49,603 nt of DNA from positions 1 through 49,603 of the forward strand of contig JAANOX010000031.1 in the NCBI GenBank assembly GCA_020184695.1, given 5' to 3'. The position numbers were made by a program, and so were the translations under genes. The notes beneath the pieces are model-generated. The model worked only from the letters and a program-made list of their open reading frames with translations, was not told where the DNA came from and did no database searches. The stretch is from Histomonas meleagridis 2922-C6/04-290x (Eukaryota; Protista; Parabasalia). How positions within the stretch are numbered: the stretch's first letter is position 1; every line of letters starts with the position of its first letter. Shown piece by piece: positions 23,389 through 32,562 of this stretch.

Positions 23389-26061
23389 CTAGAATTTTTC
23401 ATTTGGTAACCTATTTTTTTCATGTTCGTGAAGTAAATTATAAATTTCTTGATATCCTCTTGAAGAAGCAAGCATAATTGCTGTTTTAAATTTTAGTAAG
23501 AAATTCCAAACGAGAATAACATACTGAATATATTTAAAATAAACTTTAAACATGTTAAAAAAACAGTTTGTAAATCGATGTCGATTCCTTTTTGTTCAAG
23601 TAATAATTTTACTATATTAATATGATTATGATGAGAAGCAAGCATTAAAGCTGTCCAAAATATTTTAAATATTTTCCAAGTATTTTACTTGATCATAAAA
23701 ATATTCAAATAAAAATTATGAAAAAGTTTGAAACATTTTGAATATTAATATCAATGTTTTCATCTTTAAGAAGATATTCAACAATATCAATAAAACCTTT
23801 TTGAGAAGAAATCATTAGTGGTGTTTTAATAAATGTATTTAAATATCAAATATTATTTTTAAAACATGATGATATCTATATCGAAATAAACATAAAAATA
23901 TTTTTGACATTTACATCAATATTCAGATATCCAAGTAAAGATTTTACAATATCATAACTATTATCTGAACATGCAATTGTAAGTGCTGTTTCAAGAAAAT
24001 TTGAAAGTTTACACGATTGAAAACAATTTTAAATATATTAAATTAATATTTTTTTTATTTATATCAATGCCTTCTTTTTGTAGTAGCATTTTTATGATAT
24101 CATAATTATGGTTTATGCAAGAAATTGTAAGAGCTGTTTCAAATAAATTAGGAAAACTCCAAAAATTATTTTGATATATTAAATAAGAAAAACAAATACT
24201 AATTATTCAAATAAAATATTAGTAAAATTAAGTTCAATATTACTTTTTACAAGAAGTGCTTGGACAATATTTGTATAACCTTTTTCACATCCAATTAAAA
24301 GTGATGCTTCAAATTTTATATATAAAATCCATAAATTTTTACGAAATTTTAATTTTTAAGTAAAAACATCAAAAAATATTATTAAAAATTTTTAATATTA
24401 ACATCAATTCCTTCTTGTTCAAGAAGTAATTTAACTATATCTAAGTGATTATTTTCAATTACTTTAATAAGTGCTGTATTAAATGATTTAAATAATTTCC
24501 AAATATTATTTTGAAATTTCAAATTATTTATATAAATTTCATATAAAACAAATTAAAATCTTGAGCATTAACATCAATTCCTTCTTGTTCAAGAAGTAAT
24601 TCAACTATTTCTGTATTACCATTGTAAGATGCATCAATAAGTGTTGTCCAAAATAATTTAAATAATTTCCAAATATTGTTTTAAAATATAAAATTATTAT
24701 AACAAATTTTAAATTAAACAAACAAATATCTTTAGCATTGATATCAATTCCTTCTTGTTCAAGAAGTAATTTAACTATTTCTGTGTGACCATTGAAAGAT
24801 GCATACATAAGTGCTGTCCAACTTATTAAAAAATAATATCAAAATTTTAAACTATGACCCAAATATTTTAAACATTCATCAAAACAATTTAATGTACATC
24901 TTTTGCATTAATATCGAATCCATTTTGCTTAGTAATAAAATCCACAAGTTCTACATTATTTGAACTCGAAGCATAAGCCAAAATATTTTTTGGTATTTGA
25001 TTATTTTCTATAAAATTCCTAACAAGAAACAAATTACCGCCTTTTGCTGCTTCATTAATGATATCATCATTAATTTTCATTCCTTCTTTTAATAAAAATG
25101 AAAAAATTTCATATTCAAAAAACTCAACACATTTCTTTCCTAATTCTTCTAAATTATTGATTTCTTTAATTTTATTTTCATACAAATAAAGGAAAACATT
25201 ATTTCGATGGAATTGAATTGCTGCTTCATATGCATTTTCAAATGTTGAATGATTTTGTTCACATAAATGAATGATTTCAATGTTTCCACCTGCAATTGCA
25301 TATTTACCTGTGTTAATTACATTTGCATCATTCATAAGTAAATATTTAAAACATTTTATTGATCCGAAAAATGCTGCATAATCAATTAAAGAAACAATAT
25401 CATGTTCATTATTAATAAATGTATATCTTTCATAAATTGATGGTCTAATTGCTTTATTAAAATTGAAATCTGTTTGTGATGATATTTTTTGAAGTTTTTC
25501 AATTTCATCATTTCGAATTACTTTTGCTATTTCATTTGGATTATGTCCTTCTTCAATTAATTGTTTATGTAGTTTCCATTCATCTTTTTTGAGTTCATCA
25601 AATTTATCATGAGGGAAATCAAAGTCTGAATATTGATTTTCTTTGATTTCTTCTGGTGTCATCATATGTGCAAAGTATAATGTATTTTTCGGAAAGTTTG
25701 AATCAATTAATTTTTCTTCATACATCTTATGCAATATATAATATGAATCATTCGAATAAAGTGAAAGAAGAAAATTTTTAAATCCATTTATAATTTCATA
25801 ATTTCTTTTGAAAATTTTTTCTTCTCTAATTTCTAGATTTTTTAAATATATGAAATATAAACGCAAATCTCCGTTCTGTCGAATACAATAAGAATATATG
25901 AGCTTATAAATAAGAAAATGAAATGAATAAGAAAAATTTTCATCAAAAAACTTGAGTGTTGAAACTATACATTTTTCAATATTTTTATCATTTAACGAAG
26001 ATATTATATCAGATATTGATTGAGAAATATCTTGTTTTCCTTTAAACATGTTTTGTTCCAT
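23389..26061 (-). CDS. DUF3447 + ankyrin-repeat protein whose ankyrin array is split into 93-nt modules by non-canonical spacers
   Basis: ORF 24889-26061 (GHNPNEIAKVIRNDEIE; YAAFFGSIKCFKYLL; YAIAGGNIEIIHLCEQ; ends DINAKD). Open modules follow at 24728-24820, 24558-24650, 24388-24480, 24218-24310, 24048-24140, 23900-23992, 23735-23827, 23565-23657 and 23389-23487 (TAG). Each encodes an ankyrin repeat, e.g. WTALMYASFNGHTEIVKLLLEQEGIDINAKD. Confidence 0.85.
23488..24897 (-). repeat. ~170-nt periodic array: 93-nt ankyrin module plus 77-nt intron-like spacer (nine spacers)
   Basis: Spacers: 24821-24897, 24651-24727, 24481-24557, 24311-24387, 24141-24217 (all 77 nt), 23993-24047 (55), 23828-23899 (72), 23658-23734 and 23488-23564 (77). 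Confidence 0.9.
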
Positions 26062-26369
26062 TATTTATTGACGCTATTTCTTTCTTGTGTGCTATTTTTG
26101 CATACAATTTTTTATATAGTTTACATATATTGACATTAAGTTTATATTGTATACTTTATACAAAAAATACTTTTGTATTTTGATCAAAATGAAATAGAGA
26201 ATTTTCAGGAATGATAGAAGTATCCTTTGTACTAATCAAATATTTGATTTTATTCTGTGTAGGAAATATTAAGTTTTGAAAAAATGAAGATACTTAAAAG
26301 ATTTTATTTGATCATTAATCAAATGATGATTGGAAAATAGATCAAAAGACATAAGGAGAAGAATCGAAC

Positions 26370-27380
26370 TTGAAGGAGAACAAAAAGAAAGAATTAAACT
26401 TCACAGTGCCTGGAACTATTACCGGTAACAGATGCATCTGCTCTAGCAGCATTACTTTTATAAATAAATTGAACAAATCAGTAGATCGCATGTGGTATTT
26501 TGAAAGAAAAAGCTTTATTTATATAAATATCATTTATCATACATTTTCATTTTGTTCATCAATCAAAAACATTACAATTCCAAATTCAGTTACAACAATT
26601 GGAAGTTCAGCATTTGCATTATGTTCTAATTTAACGACATTAACACTTGGATATGGAATAAGAAATATTGAAGGTTCAGCATTTGGTAATTGTTATAATC
26701 TTCAACGCATTTATTATTATGGAGATTCAGAACCAGAAATTGGTGAAAGTGCATTTTCTAATGTTTTTACAAGTGTTATCACATATCCAACATACGTAGG
26801 AAGTAAATTTGGAAATTTAGATGTTGATAAAGAAAACACAGAAGGAACATGCGAACCACCTCCAACGCATTCATTTGGTCAATCGAATACATTTACTGCA
26901 TCACTTCAAAGTGATATTTCATTTTCATTATCATTTTCATATACATTAACAATTACATTATCAATTACACATTCATTAACTATTTATGAAACAAAAACGA
27001 AATCATTTTCATTATATATAAATAATTCGACATTTTCATATATTGAAACAGAATTTATTTATTACAATTACACGATTGTTATTTATTCGACTTATTGTAA
27101 TTATTATTCTAATTTCTTTACAATGTTTTACACTTCCAATGAAAATTCGCCAAATGGAATTACGACAAATGCTTTGATTGGAATTATTTGCGGATCATTT
27201 GCATTTGTTTTGATCATTGTTGGAATTGTTATATTTTTAGTGAAAAGTAATAATAAGAAAGAAAAATCGAAATCAAAGTTACAATTCAAGGACACGACAA
27301 CGTCAAGTACAAAGCAAATCGAAGAAGTAAATAGTTTAGTTGAAGATATTGCGAAAGAAGATGAAGTCAATTGGCTATGA
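26370..27380 (+). CDS. Short or truncated BspA-like (TpLRR) type I membrane protein
   Basis: ITIPNSVTTIGSSAFALCSNLTTLTLGYGIRNIEGSAFGNCYNL repeats, short stalk, S/T-aromatic segment, TM (ALIGIICGSFAFVLIIVGIVIFLV), acidic tail. The ORF starts at TTG; first ATG is 26490. Only ~3 LRRs. Confidence 0.75.
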   Translation: MKENKKKELNFTVPGTITGNRCICSSSITFINKLNKSVDRMWYFERKSFIYINIIYHTFSFCSSIKNITIPNSVTTIGSSAFALCSNLTTLTLGYGIRNIEGSAFGNCYNLQRIYYYGDSEPEIGESAFSNVFTSVITYPTYVGSKFGNLDVDKENTEGTCEPPPTHSFGQSNTFTASLQSDISFSLSFSYTLTITLSITHSLTIYETKTKSFSLYINNSTFSYIETEFIYYNYTIVIYSTYCNYYSNFFTMFYTSNENSPNGITTNALIGIICGSFAFVLIIVGIVIFLVKSNNKKEKSKSKLQFKDTTTSSTKQIEEVNSLVEDIAKEDEVNWL

Positions 27381-27662
27381 ATAAAATGTGTAATAAAAAA
27401 CATTTATTAATTTAATGTATCTCTAAAAATTATGTGTTGTCAGATAAAATAAAATGAAATCATGTTAACGATAATATCATTTTGACTTTAAAATGTTTTG
27501 AATTAGCTAATTTAAATATGAAATGATTTTTATGATGTTTAAATAGTATCACTGACTTCAAATATAATAAGGTAAATATTGTTGAACACCGATCAATAAT
27601 TTTGAATTATGATTGTGTTTACATTAAATGTTCAAAAGCTTTTGAATGAAATGGGATAAACT

Positions 27663-27913
27663 TTACTTGAATTCATTATTCTCAAATAAATTTCCAATTC
27701 TTACTGATTCATTTATAATAGAATTATTGATTTTCATACCATCATCAAGCAAAAATGACAAAATTTCATAATTATAAACACATTTTCTCCTTTCTTCTAA
27801 GTTATTAAATTTCCTTTCATAAAGAATATGAAAAATATCATTTTTATGGTATCTAATTCTTTATAAGCATCTTTAAATGATGAATGATTTTGTTCACATA
27901 AATGAATAATTTC
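27663..27913 (-). pseudogene. DUF3447-ankyrin gene fragment
   Basis: EIIHLCEQNHSSFKDAY..YNYEILSFLLDDGMKINNSIINESVRIGNLF-stop aligns with the corresponding part of the 24889-26061 ORF. Confidence 0.65.
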
Positions 27914-28017
27914 TTTGGGTTATTTTCATGAGCATAAAATTTTCTAAATAACACAAAAGTTTGTTTTTATTAAATTAATAAACAAATTAAAATATTTTGT
28001 TCTTAAAATATGTTTAT

Positions 28018-30183
28018 TTATATCTGACTGATAAATTTTTCTTCTTTGAAATCGTCTGCAAATGGATCTTCTTCAATATTTGAATTATTAATCCCAACTG
28101 AAAATGTATTATCTATTTCATTAATATTATTATTATTTTCATCTGAAATATTCATTTCTTCTTCATTTTGTTTCCGCTTCTTATTTTGATATTTAATCAT
28201 AAATATTATAATTATCATTACAAATACAATAATTATTACAATTACAACAACAATTATAATGATAATTAATGTATTATTATCATTAGTGTTTATTATTACA
28301 TCTTCGATATAAGAAATATAAAAGAAATTAGAATAATAAGTAAAATATTCTGGATAATATATAATTGTATAATTATAATATATGAAATCGCTATAAATAT
28401 ATTTAGTTTCAGATTCAATGAAAGTAACTGAATAAGATTTTAAGAAAGTATAATAAATTGATAAAGTTTTTATAAACGATAAAGAATAAGTTAAAGTAAT
28501 AGTATTAACGAAAGTAAAATTCATCGAAAATGTATTAACATAAGTATTTGAATCAAAATTATTTTTTGATTTCGTAAATGTGTTTGAATTAGCAAATGTA
28601 TTTATGTTAGTAAATGTATTTGAGTTAGTGAATGTATCACTTTGTGTGTATGTGAATGTGAGTGTTGGCGGGAGACATTCGTCAAGTGTTGTTCCCTTAG
28701 TAATTTCCATATTTCCAAATGTTTCATTTTGATATGTTTCTATTGTCATAACTCTTGTCGCATTGATATTAACAAATGCATCATTTTGTATTTCTGGTGA
28801 ATTTTCTCCATTAAAATGAATACATTGAAGTGATGTACAATTAACAAATGCACATGAATTAATATATTGAACATTTTCATCAATAAAAATTCTTTCTAAA
28901 TTATTACAACTTGCAAACGCATAATTCATAATAGAAATGACTGAATTAGGAATTGTAAATGTTTTACTTTTCATATTCGGATAACTAATAATTTGTGTAA
29001 TTTCTTTATTATATAAAACGCCATCATTTTCATAATTCGAATATCCAATATTTTCTTCTGAAACATTAATAAATTGAAGTTCTGTACATTCTAAAAATGC
29101 ATTTCCAATTGAAGTAACAGAACTTGGTATATAAATATTCACAAGGTTTGTACACCCTCTGAATGCATCTGAGTCAATATTTCGTACGCCTTCATATAAT
29201 GTTATCGTTTCAAGTCCTGTACATTTATAAAATGCATTACCACTAATGCTATTACAACGAATTGTAATATTATTTAATGAAATGCATTCTGTAAATGCAC
29301 CACCTCCAATTGAACTCATTAATTTATATGGAAATTGGACATATTTTAATTGTTTACATGATGCAAACGCTCCACTATTTATATTTCCAACTGACTCTCC
29401 AATTATTACTGTTGTTAATAAAGGCCATTCTCTGAATGCATTACTTTCAAGCTCGCCAACATTAATAATTATAACGTGCTCTGTAACATTCATATAATCA
29501 TTTGAATAATCAATGGAATCAGATATTGTGAGTGTTTTTGTCTCTTCGTCATATGATTGCTTTGTATTAACAAAAAATATAATCATTAAAATCAGAATAA
29601 CTTCGTTTTTTTGATGAATGATTTTCTGATTAAAATAAATTTTGGAAAAGAAAGTAAAAACAAAAAATATAAATACAAACAAAGTTATATTTGAATATAT
29701 AGAAGTAATTAATACATTAAATATCTTTGGTAGATTTTTAAGAATATTATTGCTGCAATTCATTGATAAATTACATTGAAAACTTTCATTAAAATGATAT
29801 ATATTATGCAGGATATGAAAGATTGTAGTTATTTTGGAATAAAAATACGAAATTATTAAATTTGAAGAAACGAAATGCTCAAAACCTATTCTATTGTTAT
29901 TTAGAGAATTATTGAGTGAAGCGAATTGCAGTAAATGATTTATGTTGTTTGCTGTTTGAATTTTTTGTAAATATATTTTACTCTTTATGAGTTCAATCTT
30001 GTTACTTGGCATGTAATGAATGCTTTTGTTATGCACATGCTTGTTCATTGTTTTATTTTCAGCCAGAGAATATAAATAATATTTATTTGAAATAAAAACA
30101 TGTTTGCTGAAATTTATGAGGAGGATGAAAGTGCCAATGTGAATTAATGTTATCATTGATTGAGGATATCCATTATATTTCAT
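28018..30183 (-). CDS. BspA-like leucine-rich-repeat surface protein (721 aa; alternative start ATG 29586)
   Basis: Multiple TpLRR repeats (IGESVGNINSGAFASCKQL; IPSSVTSIGNAFLECTEL; IPNSVISIMNYAFASCNNL), NSNTFT stalk, long TM, tail EEDPFADDFKEEKF. Confidence 0.9.
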   Translation of the reverse strand: MKYNGYPQSMITLIHIGTFILLINFSKHVFISNKYYLYSLAENKTMNKHVHNKSIHYMPSNKIELIKSKIYLQKIQTANNINHLLQFASLNNSLNNNRIGFEHFVSSNLIISYFYSKITTIFHILHNIYHFNESFQCNLSMNCSNNILKNLPKIFNVLITSIYSNITLFVFIFFVFTFFSKIYFNQKIIHQKNEVILILMIIFFVNTKQSYDEETKTLTISDSIDYSNDYMNVTEHVIIINVGELESNAFREWPLLTTVIIGESVGNINSGAFASCKQLKYVQFPYKLMSSIGGGAFTECISLNNITIRCNSISGNAFYKCTGLETITLYEGVRNIDSDAFRGCTNLVNIYIPSSVTSIGNAFLECTELQFINVSEENIGYSNYENDGVLYNKEITQIISYPNMKSKTFTIPNSVISIMNYAFASCNNLERIFIDENVQYINSCAFVNCTSLQCIHFNGENSPEIQNDAFVNINATRVMTIETYQNETFGNMEITKGTTLDECLPPTLTFTYTQSDTFTNSNTFTNINTFANSNTFTKSKNNFDSNTYVNTFSMNFTFVNTITLTYSLSFIKTLSIYYTFLKSYSVTFIESETKYIYSDFIYYNYTIIYYPEYFTYYSNFFYISYIEDVIINTNDNNTLIIIIIVVVIVIIIVFVMIIIIFMIKYQNKKRKQNEEEMNISDENNNNINEIDNTFSVGINNSNIEEDPFADDFKEEKFISQI

Positions 30184-31025
30184 CGATTTGGTATATGCGT
30201 TTCCAATATAAATCTGGTTTGGTTGTAACGAAAAACCTTCAATTTTTCATTTAAAATGTGTGTAACAACTGTTGTTCAATGTGACATGTGAGTTTTTATC
30301 GAAATTATTTTGGATGCCAAGGCACACACATGAAGCATTAGGTGACATGAGAAGATCTCATTTACTTTCTCACAAATGAGGACTTGACATTTGAATGGGA
30401 TCAAAGGAAAACGACAAAAAACAACCAACTTTTTATGAAAAGAAAGTTTAAATTGAATGTTCATTCAACTTTTGTGTGTCCATGTCAAAATTGTGTACTT
30501 CAGAATTATTTGAAAAGTGACCGTAAAAGAATTTCTGTCGATGCGACATCTCGAGTGAAACACACAAAAATCAACGTGAAGTATAGAAATCATGCCGAAA
30601 TATCAAAACAGATTTGAAACAGCTGTAATTATCAAAATAAAAATATGATTAGTAGATAAAAACTTCCATCAAAATTTTTTTAATAATCTCACAAAACAGA
30701 TTTTTTTGATTTTTTTTCACAATAAATTAAAATTAAATTCAGGCGATTTTTAGGATTGTATTTTATTTTTCTTATGATGAAATATGTTATCAGAGATACA
30801 TTATATGTTATCACGATTGCTATTTCTTGGTTTGATACAATTTTACCGAAAAAAATTTTTTTGAACTTTTCGCCTCAACTTTAGGTACAAATGATTATTT
30901 TGAAAGAACCATTATTAACATCAATAATTAAATTTTAAATTTTTTTTTCTAATCGCTTACAGTTAAATTTTCTTGTGATGAAACGTTCCTATATAATATT
31001 ACCAAAAACTCTTTTCATTGACTTT

Positions 31026-31709
31026 TTATTGTTTTAAAATTCGATCAAAGTATCTCTCTTTTTTCATGTCTTCTTTGATACTTTGATTCAGAGCAATAAT
31101 TCCACCTACTAAGCCTTTACCACTGTAAGTACGCATTGTTGGTACTATTGCCCAATGACCATTACATCTAAATATGGAAAATATCCAAACACAAGAATGG
31201 AGGCCTTTTTTTCTTCCAGTGAAACACATGAATTCCAAATCATCTTTTGCATCATAAACTCTAAAGAATGCGCCCAATTTCGTATTAAATTTCTTGTTTG
31301 TATTTTCCGAAACTCCGAATGATAAACAAAATACTTCTGGAGGCAATTGATTAAGTTTGATAATAGAATATATCTCTCTACCAAATTCATTTTTCCTTCC
31401 ATTTTCATCAATAGCATGTTTTTCTGCATCATTGAGCATCGATGGCTTTTGTGGATAAATAAAATCGATGTGATTAAAATTGATATCATATGCAATAAAT
31501 CCTAAATCAAATTGGAAACCAGCCGTAGTTAATAATTGATGTTCTGCAAAAATATGTATTGTATCAGGTAATGGTCGTTGGAAATATTTAAGTGCAAATT
31601 GAATTGGAAATGGATCGTCAACGTTTAAATTAATACGATGAAATATTTTTTCATCCGTTACATTTTCATTAACAACTAAAGACTTAACACTTAATAAATA
31701 ATTATGCAT
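31026..31709 (-). CDS. TerD-like domain protein
   Basis: FDLGFIAYD..HIDFIY; HAIDENG; IIKLNQLPPEVFCLSFGV; FFRVYD; FRCNGHWAI pattern follows the TerD fold. Confidence 0.6.
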   Translation of the reverse strand: MHNYLLSVKSLVVNENVTDEKIFHRINLNVDDPFPIQFALKYFQRPLPDTIHIFAEHQLLTTAGFQFDLGFIAYDINFNHIDFIYPQKPSMLNDAEKHAIDENGRKNEFGREIYSIIKLNQLPPEVFCLSFGVSENTNKKFNTKLGAFFRVYDAKDDLEFMCFTGRKKGLHSCVWIFSIFRCNGHWAIVPTMRTYSGKGLVGGIIALNQSIKEDMKKERYFDRILKQ

Positions 31710-31749
31710 ATTCTTGTTTGGAAATTATTTTGGATGCCTTCATAGGTAA

Positions 31750-32477
31750 ATTTTTATTGCACTTTATTGCACAAAAAAACGCTGCATAATTAATTAATAT
31801 AACATTATCTTTATTAATAAATGAACATCTTTAATAAAGTGATGGTTCAATTATTTGATTAAAATCAAAGTCATTTTGTGATGATATTTCTTGAAGTTTT
31901 TCGATTTCATCATTTCGAATTATTTTTGCAATTTCATTTGGATTATGCCCTTCTTTCATATATTTCTTATGAAGAGTAAAAGTATATTTTGCAAGTTCAT
32001 AATATGAAATGAGCTGGTTACGATATTCAAAATACAAACCATTATTACCCTTTATGCGATGTAAAAAATGAGGATGTTTATTTAAATCTACAAATTGATT
32101 CAGGATCAATTATATGATCTCCATCATATTTTCAAGAAGAAAAATTGATTCATGATAATAAAAACTACTTTCTTTTTGAAGATATTGGTTAAAAATATTA
32201 ATTATTTCATATTTACTGTTATTAGATTCGTTTTCTTCAAGATCTCTTAAAAAATTTATATAAACATCAACATCTTCATAATGAGAAACTAAAGAGATGT
32301 AAACAAGTTGAACAATAAAAAGTTTGGAAGAATATGGATAATTTTTATCGAATTTTTATTATTGCGTTGCTTCTGAAATATTTTTGTTTAAATTAAAAAC
32401 AATTTTTTCTGCAGTTTGATTTATTTTATTACATCCTTATTATGTGATTGATAATAAAATTGATAATTTCGATTCAT
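31750..32477 (-). pseudogene. 5'-part pseudogene of a DUF3447-ankyrin paralogue
   Basis: KEGHNPNEIAKIIRNDEIEKLQEISSQNDFDFNQIIEPSLY*RCSFINK..INYAAFF. Has in-frame stops and ends before the ankyrin array. Confidence 0.7.
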
Positions 32478-32562
32478 TTATGGGAATAAAATCAAAAAGT
32501 GAAACAAATTCATAGAGAAACCGTTATGACAAAAAAGTAAACGGCTAAAAATTGCCGCCAGA

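Noticed and set aside
24822-24897. Spacer 1 read as a canonical GT...AG intron (GTACAT...AATAAG)
   Set aside because: Removing these 76 nt leaves one extra T and puts the next module out of frame; there is no ACTAAC-type branch motif; its eight homologous spacers have no GT-AG.
23488-24897. CRISPR-like array, because of the regular 170-nt periodicity
   Set aside because: The repeated unit is a divergent protein-coding ankyrin module, the context is eukaryotic, and there are no cas genes or identical short repeats.
30345-30356. U6 snRNA-like ACATGAGAAGAT
   Set aside because: It has an insertion in the ACAGAGA box and is not followed by the TAGCATGG/ISL sequence; it sits in a local hairpin and is most likely chance.
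17490-31835. Alternative genetic code (TAA = Gln/Glu), suggested by TAA at E/Q/D positions in ankyrin paralogues (~17515, 18210, 31831)
   Set aside because: Intact conserved genes (Rab, QNG1, MFAP1, TRAPPC1, Pin1) end in TAA at the expected positions and have no internal TAA; the cases lie in degraded copies.
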